From assembly GCA_963778115.1 (NCBI GenBank), contig CAVZSV010000004.1, forward strand, positions 2,688,001 through 2,752,000: a stretch of 64,000 bases of DNA. Direction: 5' to 3'. This DNA is from an uncultured delta proteobacterium (GTDB taxonomy: Bacteria; Bdellovibrionota; FAC87; UBA2466). The notes below the pieces were generated by a model. The model was not told the origin of the DNA. It saw only the letters and a program-made list of their open reading frames with translations, and did not search any database. The translations under genes and the position numbers were made by a program. Positions 1 through 8,639 of the stretch are shown here, one piece after another. Positions within the stretch are counted from its first letter, which is position 1, and the number at the start of each line of letters is the position of its first letter.

Positions 1-74
1 TAATAAGCTTCTTCATATTGAGGAGCACACTAATTCTTTGATAGGCATTCGTCCATCGATTGCCCTGACTGGCG

Positions 75-1577
75 CTAAGGCTGCATTAATTCAGGATGGG
101 AAAAATAGTACCGACGGTGTGCGGCTCCCCGAACGAAATGGTCGGTTTCGGAACGCAGAGAGCGAGCCAATGGGGTGACGTCCTCCACGGCGTAAGCTTG
201 AGCATTGGCTAAAATCTCCTCGCGAAGTGTCGTTGTCCAGCTCGTAAAAGCTATCGCTTCTCTGGCTTGGAGGTGAGGAGAATGAAGACGCCACCGGGCG
301 ACAGCGGGCACCGACGATGCCGCATTATAGACGACAAAGCGAACCCCTAGCGCTTTGAGCGTGGCTTCGGGGTCGGGTTCGCCCAATTCAGCAAGTCGCT
401 CGACTGCCCGCCAGTAAGCGACGGAAAGTAGAAGATCACCCGGTTGTCCCTCGGCACTGATTTCGATAGCATTGTTTTCCAGAAGAAACGCTTCCAACTC
501 CTGAATGTCTCCATTGGGAAGCCGAATTCCGTCGATATGAGCCGGGTAAGGGTAGAGATGCTTCTCGGCCGAGCGAGCTAGGAAATCTCGGTATTCAACT
601 ATCGGCCGGCTTTCCGCCATTGCGGCAACCGCTAGTTCGTGCCCCAGTTTTCGTTGTACGAGGTAGTCGGGAAGGTTAGAGAAATCGCGAATTTGAACAG
701 TCACTCCTCCACGGGAAGGATATTCCGTGCGATTTTGTCTGGTATAAAAGGCGATCTTTAGAGCGTCCCACGTCGAGAGTCCTGGCATCGCTGTCATAAG
801 ACTCGATAATCGGTAACTCACTCTTTTTACATCAAGTCTATCGAGGAGGCCGGAAAGCGGGGCTACTAAAGTGCGCCAGTTAGGATGGGCTTTGTAGCCC
901 GAATAAAAGCGCAGGCCGTGCGCGATGGAAAAGCCCCGCGCCCAGACCGGATCTAAGGCGCGGATAAAGACATAAGCCTCTTTCGGGTCTCCGCCTAATA
1001 AGACAAGTTCGCGAGCGGCAAAGTACAGCCCCAATCGAGCGGTCTGTAGAAACAGGCCATCATCTATTTCTGCGGCTCGACTAATTTCCCAAATATAAGG
1101 GTAGGCGTTTCGGTCTATCGGTTTGTCTAAACCAGGCTCAAGAAATAATGGCAACCTTTGATGATTGGGTTGACCGGAGAACAGGCAAGAGGCGGCTTCT
1201 TTTAGTTGATAGCTCGCATCAAGGCGTTCATCTTGGCCGTCGTATCCCATTCCTTCAAACTGGCTGAAATGGTCGGCCACGGCTTCGGTCGCGGCATCTC
1301 GTCTTACTTTTTTCTCGGGAATATTGCCATAGGTCTTAGTTAATTCGTGGCCTGTGTGGGTCGAAGTAAACTCGAAAAAGAGAACCTGCTCGGGTTTGAC
1401 CATCCTAGAGATGATGGACTGTGCCGCTCTCATTTCGGAGTCAATGTAGCCCGCCTCTTGCATGACCTCTAACGGAAAGAATTGGTTGTGTTCGATAAGA
1501 GTGGCTCCTTCGCTGCCGGATTCCGTCTCGTGTTTGAGAGGATTGAGTAGGGAATTCCTCGTCTTGTGGGATGGCAA
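75..1577 (-). CDS. Hypothetical protein, possibly GNAT/acyl-synthase-like; probably the 3' part of a frameshifted gene starting near 1825-1835
   Basis: 500-aa ORF with a TTG start; frame stays open upstream to 1676; contains a YIWEISR motif; upstream ORF 1469..1825 carries a signal-peptide-like N-terminus. Confidence 0.6.
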   Translation of the reverse strand: MPSHKTRNSLLNPLKHETESGSEGATLIEHNQFFPLEVMQEAGYIDSEMRAAQSIISRMVKPEQVLFFEFTSTHTGHELTKTYGNIPEKKVRRDAATEAVADHFSQFEGMGYDGQDERLDASYQLKEAASCLFSGQPNHQRLPLFLEPGLDKPIDRNAYPYIWEISRAAEIDDGLFLQTARLGLYFAARELVLLGGDPKEAYVFIRALDPVWARGFSIAHGLRFYSGYKAHPNWRTLVAPLSGLLDRLDVKRVSYRLSSLMTAMPGLSTWDALKIAFYTRQNRTEYPSRGGVTVQIRDFSNLPDYLVQRKLGHELAVAAMAESRPIVEYRDFLARSAEKHLYPYPAHIDGIRLPNGDIQELEAFLLENNAIEISAEGQPGDLLLSVAYWRAVERLAELGEPDPEATLKALGVRFVVYNAASSVPAVARWRLHSPHLQAREAIAFTSWTTTLREEILANAQAYAVEDVTPLARSLRSETDHFVRGAAHRRYYFSHPELMQP

Positions 1578-1825
1578 AACGGATAGGGTTGGAAATGTCC
1601 TCTTATGTCTCCTCGTCCTGCGTCGCTCAAACGGAAAGTATGGTTGCCGGAGAGTCTTAACAGGAATAAGTCGGCGTTATAGAAGGTATGGCCGGAGTAA
1701 TTCCAAACGGTCACCATCGGATCGAATTGGGCCGCTCTCTTAGTTTCCTTCCCACAATCGATATTAGCGGGCAGAAAAGGGGCTGCAAAGAGACCCACTA
1801 ATAGCGTTAGGGTGCGCGACGTCAC
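1578..1825 (-). CDS. Probable N-terminal segment (signal peptide) of the 75..1577 gene, in another frame
   Basis: MTSRTLTLLVGLFAAPFLPANIDC; one extra T in the 4-T run at 1576-1579 (minus strand) would fuse FQPYPF to LPSHKTR. Confidence 0.4.
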
Positions 1826-1908
1826 GCGTTTTCATAACACAAACGCTACAGCCTTCTCGACCACAAAGTGAACGGGCTTTAGGCCCTAGAATTTCAAGGT
1901 CTTAGCTA

Positions 1909-2874
1909 TTAATTCATAGCGGCTTCGGCCACAGGAGCATAAGCCAACGGAGTGAAGGAAAAGGTAGAAGCTACTTTCCTAATATGTCCCACTCCCGGAA
2001 AAGCTAGGTGAGCGGCCGCTATCATGTCATTCGCTTTAGCGGCTTGAGTAAAATCCTTCATTCGCTCAGAAGCTGCGAGCTTGCTGTTCCAGTCAAAAAC
2101 CAACGTAGCCGCGGGAACGGGAAATTGAACGGCCGCTACGTGAATCATATCGCCAAAGAGCCAGAGCTTTTGGTTCTTTGATTCAACGGTATAAACGGTG
2201 TGCCCCGGGGTATGGCCATAAGCCGCGTGAGCGTGAACTCCAGTGACCAATTCAGTGTCTCCGTCGAAAGGCTTAAATTTGCCATCGGCTTGATAAGGGG
2301 CAAAGGTTGCTTTGGCATTGGTGAACATCGATTTCATCATGGAGTTGGTCACTTTGGCGGCTTCACTATCGCTCAACCAAAATTCTGATTCGCGGCGATC
2401 TACGCGAAGTACGGCGTTGGGAAAATTCTTTTTACCGTCGGTCGTAAGACCCCCCAAATGATCGCTGTGCATGTGGGTAAGATAGATTTCATCTACCTGC
2501 TCCGGCTGATATCCCGACGCTTTGAGATTTTCTATGAGATGTCCCACTGTCGGCCCCATGAATTTACCAGTACCAGTATCGACGAGAACGAGCCTAGTTC
2601 CCGTATTGATCAAAAAACCGTTTACCGAAGTAATAACCTGGGGACCTTGATAGGCCTGAGCGAGAAGCCGTGTCACTTCGGCGGACGTGGTGTTGGCTAA
2701 GACATCGCCGACTTTCATAGGAAAGGTTCCGTCTAGCAGAGTAGTGACCTCAATATCGCCGATCATGAAACGGTAGTACGCTGGAGCCTGTGTTTTTATC
2801 TGCGGCGCCCGAGCCGTGACCAGTTGCGGTACGACGAAAATGATTAAGGCCAGTCCGATAAGTAAACTCTTCAT
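1909..2874 (-). CDS. Secreted MBL-fold metallo-hydrolase, methyl-parathion-hydrolase-like
   Basis: THMHSDH (HxHxDH), GHTPGH, GDMIH and AHLAFPG motifs; signal peptide MKSLLIGLALII from ATG 2874. Confidence 0.9.
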   Translation of the reverse strand: MKSLLIGLALIIFVVPQLVTARAPQIKTQAPAYYRFMIGDIEVTTLLDGTFPMKVGDVLANTTSAEVTRLLAQAYQGPQVITSVNGFLINTGTRLVLVDTGTGKFMGPTVGHLIENLKASGYQPEQVDEIYLTHMHSDHLGGLTTDGKKNFPNAVLRVDRRESEFWLSDSEAAKVTNSMMKSMFTNAKATFAPYQADGKFKPFDGDTELVTGVHAHAAYGHTPGHTVYTVESKNQKLWLFGDMIHVAAVQFPVPAATLVFDWNSKLAASERMKDFTQAAKANDMIAAAHLAFPGVGHIRKVASTFSFTPLAYAPVAEAAMN

Positions 2875-3056
2875 TGATGCCCCCATGCTTATTAAGACCA
2901 ACATCTTAACCCACACGACTCAAATGATGGAGCATTTCCTTGAGATCGTCTGGGATAAAGCGGGCATCTTAGGAAATTTAAGATAAAGGAGCTTAAAGAG
3001 AAGTTAGGTTACGGTCGACAGCGGCCCTTCTGCAGACTATTTATCTATCTCTTGCA

Positions 3057-4025
3057 ATGGGGCCGTTTATGCGCGCAATAGGAATCTTTGCTTCTTTAAC
3101 CTTCCTGTTTTTTAACCGAGTTACTTTTGCCGACAACGATGCGCTTCTCCAAAAGATCATCCAACGGGCTCAAGAATCCAAATCGAATAGCATTGTGATA
3201 GTTCAAAACGAACGGACGATCTATTCCAACTTCTACGGAGGGCGGGACCAGGTTCGTAGCGTTGCCTCTGTTACAAAAAGTATCTGTGCTCTAGCTGTCG
3301 GAGTGTTGCTAGATCAGGGCAAAATTTCTTCTCTGGACCAACCGATGTATACTTGGATTCCCAGCTGGAGATTAGACGGAGAAAAATCAAAAATCTCGCT
3401 ACAAATGATCATGAACCATACGAGCGGGCTTCCCGATGTCAACACAGAGACGGGGTTCTGGCTCCAGCCGGATGCGGTTAAGGCCGCGGAAAATACGAAA
3501 CTCGAGACTCAACCTGGAAGCCATTACCTCTATAGCAACATCGCGACGTCCTTACTTCAACCAGTGATCGAGCAGGCGGCGCGACAATCGGTCACCGACT
3601 TTGTAAAAGACTCTCTTCTGACCCCGCTAGAGATCACTGACTCTAGTTGGGGAAAAGACAGAGTGGGGCACGAAATCACTTCGGGGGGTCTGTTTCTCAG
3701 TACCGCAGATCTCGTTAAGGTGGGAATCATGCTACTTCAAAAAGGGGTGTATAAGGGAAGACGTCTCATTTACGAGAATACCCTGCAGACTTTGGTGACG
3801 AGGAGCCAACCCTTTTTCCCTTATGGATTGTTATTTTGGCTCGAAGTCGCTCCATCAGGAGAGTCCCTCTTTTCGGCGCGAGGTTGGGGAGGCCAGTGGA
3901 TAGTCATTTATCCAGAAAAAAATCTAATCGTCGTTCGGACGAAAGACCCCTTCCAAGTCGAATTAGATAAGAGAGAAGCTCAATCTTTTAGAGATTGCCC
4001 TTCTTTAGTGGCAATGTGGAATTAA
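3057..4025 (+). CDS. Serine hydrolase, beta-lactamase class C/AmpC-like family
   Basis: SVTK (SxxK), YSN and ARGWGGQ motifs; signal peptide. Confidence 0.88.
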   Translation: MGPFMRAIGIFASLTFLFFNRVTFADNDALLQKIIQRAQESKSNSIVIVQNERTIYSNFYGGRDQVRSVASVTKSICALAVGVLLDQGKISSLDQPMYTWIPSWRLDGEKSKISLQMIMNHTSGLPDVNTETGFWLQPDAVKAAENTKLETQPGSHYLYSNIATSLLQPVIEQAARQSVTDFVKDSLLTPLEITDSSWGKDRVGHEITSGGLFLSTADLVKVGIMLLQKGVYKGRRLIYENTLQTLVTRSQPFFPYGLLFWLEVAPSGESLFSARGWGGQWIVIYPEKNLIVVRTKDPFQVELDKREAQSFRDCPSLVAMWN

Positions 4026-4139
4026 TGGTTAATCTCTTCGAGCAAGGCGTTTGCATTTTTTCATGACCTTTGAGAACAGCCTGGACGCAATCATTGGCTA
4101 CATCGGCTAGGGCGCCGGCATGAGGGGGGCAAATACCGA

Positions 4140-4673
4140 TCATTGCACTTCTTGTAATAGTTCGGCCTCCGGTTTAGGTGGCTTTGAAGGATCCGATTTG
4201 GCCGCGTCAGTAGCCGTCGATTCAATCCACAAGTGGCTTTCGCTCTTACTGCAAAGTAGCTCGATCACTTTCACCACCTCATCGTAATCATCTAAAGAAG
4301 TGGGCTTGGTCAAATAAGCGTTCCCGCCAAGAGCACGACATTTTTTCCGATCTAGCGGATAGCAGGAAGAGCTAAACATGAGAACAGGGACTTTAGCCAA
4401 TGATTCCATTTTACGGATCTCAACCAGGACCTCATGACCATCTTTCTTGGGAAGGTTAAGGTCTAAAATAATGAGATCGGGGCGCGGGGCGGACGCATAG
4501 ATTTCTTGGCGATTGAGAAAGGTCACCGCTTCAATTCCGTCGGTAACGAAGGAAAGGTGATATTTTTTTCGAGCACTTAAAATGAGTTCGAGAACAAATT
4601 GATCAGATTCAGTGTCGTCGATAGAAAGAATTTCGATAGGTTCCCCTTGAGTATTATTTCCCTCAGTCCCCAT
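4140..4673 (-). CDS. Single-domain response regulator (Rcp1-like receiver)
   Basis: IDD...PDLIILDLNLPKKDGHEVL...YLTKP. Confidence 0.88.
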   Translation of the reverse strand: MGTEGNNTQGEPIEILSIDDTESDQFVLELILSARKKYHLSFVTDGIEAVTFLNRQEIYASAPRPDLIILDLNLPKKDGHEVLVEIRKMESLAKVPVLMFSSSCYPLDRKKCRALGGNAYLTKPTSLDDYDEVVKVIELLCSKSESHLWIESTATDAAKSDPSKPPKPEAELLQEVQ

Positions 4674-4809
4674 GAGTTATCTCCCGTACTACAAGCTCGT
4701 CTATGGGTTTATAGCCTCTCCCCCCGCGACCCTGTAATAGCCAACTATTACTCCTGCCTAAAAGCAGGATCAAGTCCCTTGTGCTCGATTCTTGCAAACA
4801 AACGAAGTT

Positions 4810-5058
4810 ATGAAGCTAAACAAAAATGAATTTTTAAGGCGTCTGGGGACTTGGATTGCCAAGCTCCGGAAATTACGAGGCTTAGGACAGGATAAGCTCA
4901 CCGAAGAGGCTGGCTTAGCTCGGGGCACCCTCAGCAAAATAGAGAATGGAATTGTGGACCCTAGGGCTACGACGATAGTTAAAGTAGCACATGCTCTGGA
5001 GATCAATCCCCATGAAGTTCTGAAAATGGGATTGGACCGTCGAGAACGCAACAATTAG
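4810..5058 (+). CDS. XRE/Cro-C1 HTH transcriptional regulator
   Basis: IAKLRKLRGLGQDKLTEEAGLARGTLSKIENG. Confidence 0.85.
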   Translation: MKLNKNEFLRRLGTWIAKLRKLRGLGQDKLTEEAGLARGTLSKIENGIVDPRATTIVKVAHALEINPHEVLKMGLDRRERNN

Positions 5059-5089
5059 CCGGCATGTGCGTGTTGCGTTCGGCCACAAA

Positions 5090-5406
5090 ATGGGATCCCG
5101 GCTAGCCCTCTTTTTCGGGGATTATCTTGCCATTGGCCAGCCGAATTGTCGGGGTCATGCGAAGCGCAAGAGATCTATGATGAAACAGACGACGTGTTCG
5201 TGACGTTAAATGGCGTTTGGACGACGAAATGCCAAAAGGTAAAAGAACCCCTTGAGGTGGAAAGCCAAGACGATCTCTTCTTGGTTTTTCCCATCTTAGC
5301 GCATCAGGATAATTTGTCGTGGGATAAAACTTCAGCACCTTTTGCCAGAAAAATCTGGGGCAATCGATCTCATTGCGAGATGAATTGCCCCCTTTCCATT
5401 TTCTAA
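5090..5406 (+). pseudogene. Degenerate paralog of the C-terminal domain of the 5542..6291 protein
   Basis: FVTLNGVWTTKC...LVFPIL...APFARKI aligns by eye with FAMLNGRFTTTC...EVMPVM...FPFHKEI; leader is out of frame. Confidence 0.45.
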
Positions 5407-5466
5407 AGTTGCAGAGTGATCGACTCCGCCCCGAAGATCCATGTAAAAATTTCCTAGTAAATTAAA

Positions 5467-5482
5467 TGGCATGAACGTTGCT
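5467..5482 (+). promoter_or_regulatory. sigma54 (-24/-12) promoter
   Basis: TGGCATGAACGTTGCT, GG-N10-GC, 60 bp before ATG 5542. Confidence 0.8.
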
Positions 5483-5541
5483 CTTACTTTTTGCCATAGG
5501 CGCGCAGTTCGTTCACACCATCAAAAAAATTAGGGGGCTTT

Positions 5542-6291
5542 ATGAAATCGACTTCTCTTTACGGTACGGTGTTCGCATTAATTTGTTCCATTTTCGGGCA
5601 TAGCATCATGGCCGATACGATTCCTCCTACGGGAAGGGTCGTGGATGTTGCTTCACAGAACCTATTTGTTCCGATAGGGTTCGATGATAACGATGAGACG
5701 CTAGTGGTGTTGGATGGGTACCTTGCTGATACGTGTTACAAAATAACGCCAGCCGTAGTGACCAAAGATCTGGAGCATCATCAAATCATTGTTGAGCAGC
5801 AAGCGCGAGAGTTCCCAGGAATCTGTTTTGATATGACAGTTCCCTTTACCACCGTCGTTAAAGTTGGGGTTCTGCCCGAGGGCGAATTTACGGTGATTAC
5901 CAATCACGGGCAAATGACGCAACGGCTTCCGGTAAAAAGAGCTCCTACGACTTCGCCGGACGATTATCTCTATGCTCCTATCGACAGTGCTCAAGTCGAC
6001 CAAAACAGTGACGGCACCTTCTTTGCGATGTTAAACGGTAGATTCACCACGACTTGCGCCAGTATCGACAGAGTTATCATTACCAACCACGAAAAGACGA
6101 TCGAGGTCATGCCTGTGATGAGTATAAAAAACCAGGCTGACCGAAGTTGTGCCCCTTTAGTGTTTCCCTTTCATAAGGAGATTACGCTTCCCGAAGTTGA
6201 GCCGGGAGCCCATTTGTTGCACGTCAGAAGCCTTGATGGCCAGTCAGTGAATGTAGTCTTTCGAGTCATGCCTCCTACGCAGCAAGACTAG
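5542..6291 (+). CDS. Secreted two-domain beta-rich hypothetical protein
   Basis: Signal peptide; GFDDND..VV.GY..C and YLYAPID..LNG..C internal repeat with Cys pairs; RBS GGGGG. Confidence 0.85.
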   Translation: MKSTSLYGTVFALICSIFGHSIMADTIPPTGRVVDVASQNLFVPIGFDDNDETLVVLDGYLADTCYKITPAVVTKDLEHHQIIVEQQAREFPGICFDMTVPFTTVVKVGVLPEGEFTVITNHGQMTQRLPVKRAPTTSPDDYLYAPIDSAQVDQNSDGTFFAMLNGRFTTTCASIDRVIITNHEKTIEVMPVMSIKNQADRSCAPLVFPFHKEITLPEVEPGAHLLHVRSLDGQSVNVVFRVMPPTQQD

Positions 6292-6397
6292 TAGTGCAAA
6301 GCTAAACTTTCTCCAGAAGCAGAAAACGTATGTGGCACCGAATCCCCATTCTGATGCTAAGTTGTGCCCTGTTCTCTTCGACTTTCGCAGCTATTGA

Positions 6398-6420
6398 GCC
6401 CCCCACCCAAGTGGGGGGGC
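6398..6420. terminator. GC-rich hairpin downstream of 6291
   Basis: GCCCCCCAC-CCAA-GTGGGGGGGC; no clear U tract. Confidence 0.35.
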
Positions 6421-6478
6421 CGTTACAGAAAAACGGCCAAGCCATCAATAAGCGGGTAGATCTCGAATAGGAGTCAGC

Positions 6479-6505
6479 CACGGGACCTCAAAAAGAGGTC
6501 CCGTG
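6479..6505. repeat. Perfect 11-bp inverted repeat
   Basis: CACGGGACCTC-AAAAA-GAGGTCCCGTG. Confidence 0.8.
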
Positions 6506-6515
6506 CCCTTTCGAA

Positions 6516-6530
6516 GAGCCAAAATGTCCC
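6516..6530. promoter_or_regulatory. Candidate enhancer (bEBP binding site)
   Basis: GAGCCAAAATGTCCC, about 95 bp upstream of the inferred sigma54 start site. Confidence 0.55.
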
Positions 6531-6591
6531 ACCTAAGGGTTCTCCTGTCTCGCTTATCCCGTTGCTTTCGCCGAAAAGTGCCTAAATTCGT

Positions 6592-6607
6592 TGGTACGGA
6601 GATTGCT
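6592..6607 (+). promoter_or_regulatory. sigma54 promoter of the 6638..11546 gene run
   Basis: TGGTACGGAGATTGCT, GG-N10-GC. Confidence 0.8.
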
Positions 6608-6637
6608 CTATCTAATAACAATGCGAGAGGAGCCACG

Positions 6638-6934
6638 ATGCAAAGTATGAATATTTCACTCGAAGGAAAAAGCCAAAAGGGACATGCGCTTTCTCATTCT
6701 TTATCTGAGAAAGATGCTTTAAAGGTGATTTGGACCGATGCCCTGGTCGTTACCCCTTCTTCTATCGTTGTCTTAGGAATCTGTTACTCGTTACTTCGCG
6801 ATTCCAACCAAGGGGCGGACTTCGGACAAACGCTCATCGCACTCTTTGGCGTTATCTTTTCGGTTGGTTTTGGTTTTTCGCTGCTTCGGGCTCTTTATCG
6901 ATTCAAAGTAGAACGCGACGATAACTCAAATTAG
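6638..6934 (+). CDS. Small two-TM membrane protein
   Basis: RBS GAGGAG before ATG 6638; two hydrophobic segments. Confidence 0.7.
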   Translation: MQSMNISLEGKSQKGHALSHSLSEKDALKVIWTDALVVTPSSIVVLGICYSLLRDSNQGADFGQTLIALFGVIFSVGFGFSLLRALYRFKVERDDNSN

Positions 6935-6948
6935 CAGCAAGGATATTT

Positions 6949-7323
6949 ATGGCAAATTATGTCGTTTGGCTTGACTCCGCTCACGCAAAGATTTTCGAAC
7001 TTCATCCGGAGGAGGCCGTAGAAGAAAAAACGCTGTGGCGCAAAGAGATTCGTCATCACACCGGCGTTGAAAAGGAGCACAATAACCACAAGAACGGAGA
7101 AAAGTTCTTCCATGAAGTCGCGGCCCTTCTTACCGATGCCAACGAGCTTCTTCTCGTGGGGCCTGGCGAAGCCAAAGTCCATTTTCGGACTCACTTGGAG
7201 AGCCATCATCATCCCCAGGTGGCGAAAAAAATTGTGGGAGTCGAAACGGTCGATCATCCGACCGACGGACAGATTATTGCCCTTGCGAAGAAGTTTTTTA
7301 AAAACCATCTGTCCTTTGAGTAG
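6949..7323 (+). CDS. eRF1-domain/baeRF-like 'translational machinery' small protein
   Basis: VVWLDSAHAKIF...FFHEVA..L....LLVGPGEAK..F...L...VGVETVDHPTDGQIIALAKKFF. Confidence 0.75.
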   Translation: MANYVVWLDSAHAKIFELHPEEAVEEKTLWRKEIRHHTGVEKEHNNHKNGEKFFHEVAALLTDANELLLVGPGEAKVHFRTHLESHHHPQVAKKIVGVETVDHPTDGQIIALAKKFFKNHLSFE

Positions 7324-7331
7324 AAAATCAT

Positions 7332-7739
7332 ATGAAACGACCCATGCCGAAAGTTCAAGAGTTCATGACTCGGTCTCCCAAGACCATGGTGGCTGAAACT
7401 CCACTGGAAACGGTTCAATGTCTCATGAAAGAATGGGGCATCCGACATTTTCCAGTGGAGAAACAAGGCACATTGGTGGGAATCGTTTCCGATCGCAACG
7501 TGAAAGCGGCTTTGCTATCCCCTGAAGGGAAAAGTTTTTCTGCCGAAGATGTGATGGTTCCAGAGCCTTATGTCGTGCCTCCCGATGTTGACCTTGATTT
7601 AGTGGTCTCGGCCATGGCGGAAGAGAAATTTGGATGTGCGATTGTCCAAGAAGGGGATGGTAAGGTTGTGGGAATATTTACCACCGTGGATGCGTGCCGA
7701 GCCTTTTGCCAGATATTAGAAACTAATTACCCTAGCTAA
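7332..7739 (+). CDS. CBS domain protein
   Basis: FMTRSP, IRHFPV, LVGIVSDR, VGIFTTVD. Confidence 0.9.
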   Translation: MKRPMPKVQEFMTRSPKTMVAETPLETVQCLMKEWGIRHFPVEKQGTLVGIVSDRNVKAALLSPEGKSFSAEDVMVPEPYVVPPDVDLDLVVSAMAEEKFGCAIVQEGDGKVVGIFTTVDACRAFCQILETNYPS

Positions 7740-7815
7740 GCGAGCAAACGAAAAACCTGGAGATCTAACGCGGAGGGCCTCACTAGGAGTCCTTTAGCGT
7801 TGTATTTTGTAGGTC

Positions 7816-8592
7816 ATGTTTAATTTCACCAATAGGACCAAAGGCCATTCCGAGCTCAAAGGGGGCGAGCCTAAGTTTCTGGCGGGCCGCTACTCTCGAT
7901 TTAGCGAAGGGATTCGCATCGTCAAAATCGCCTGGGAGTTTCTCAGGGGGTTCCGCGCCTTTCATTTTATTGGGCCTGCAGTCACCATTTTTGGCTCGGC
8001 CCGATTTTCGGAGGGGCATCCCCACTATGCCACCGCAAGAACGCTGGGAGCGGGGTTAGCGAAACTGGGTTTTGTGGTGGTTACTGGGGGCGGCCCTGGT
8101 CTGATGGAGGCAGCCAGTCGAGGAGCTAAAGAGGCGGGCGGCTTTACCGTAGGTGCGAACATCATTTTACCGAAAGAACAAAAGGCCAATCCCTACCTCA
8201 GTCGGGTCATCACTTTTTACTATTTCTTCGTTAGAAAAGTCATTTTGATCAAGTACTCGATAGCTTACGTCGTAACCCCGGGTGGCTTTGGAACCTTAGA
8301 CGAAATGATGGAAGCTCTGATGCTAATTCAAAATGGAAAGCTATACCACTTTCCAGTCATTTTAGTGGGAGTCGATTATTGGAAGGGGCTTTTGGACTGG
8401 ATGCAGACTACCATGGTGAAAGATGCAGCCATCTCAGAGGGGGATCTTAAAGGCGTGGTTCTGACCGATGATGTGGAGGAAGTGCTCAAGTTGATAGCTA
8501 GCTCCGCTCAACACCTGGGCATTATTCCCAATATCCCAAAGTCCATGGAATCTCTTCCGGGACGTGACGGGAGCAAAATTTCCCGAGTATAG
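7816..8592 (+). CDS. LOG family (TIGR00730-type) nucleotide phosphoribohydrolase
   Basis: [29 protein letters not shown]. Confidence 0.92.
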   Translation: MFNFTNRTKGHSELKGGEPKFLAGRYSRFSEGIRIVKIAWEFLRGFRAFHFIGPAVTIFGSARFSEGHPHYATARTLGAGLAKLGFVVVTGGGPGLMEAASRGAKEAGGFTVGANIILPKEQKANPYLSRVITFYYFFVRKVILIKYSIAYVVTPGGFGTLDEMMEALMLIQNGKLYHFPVILVGVDYWKGLLDWMQTTMVKDAAISEGDLKGVVLTDDVEEVLKLIASSAQHLGIIPNIPKSMESLPGRDGSKISRV

Positions 8593-8639
8593 TCTCTAAA
8601 AGTAATTTTTTTTGGGGTTTTGAGTGCCGAACCGATGGA

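Noticed and set aside
1..16. Possible gene start MKKLI on the minus strand running off the window
   Set aside because: Only five codons visible and no RBS on that strand.
1909..4025. Antibiotic-resistance beta-lactamase pair
   Set aside because: Motifs fit an MPH-like hydrolase and a generic serine hydrolase; fold alone does not show resistance.
4810..5058. XRE gene as a prophage repressor
   Set aside because: No integrase, phage structural genes or att sites in the window.
6503..6637. Extended N-termini in the ORF track (also 13113, 34450, 34601, 42656, 56026, 63650)
   Set aside because: They overlap promoters or neighbouring genes; downstream starts have better RBS or signal-peptide context.
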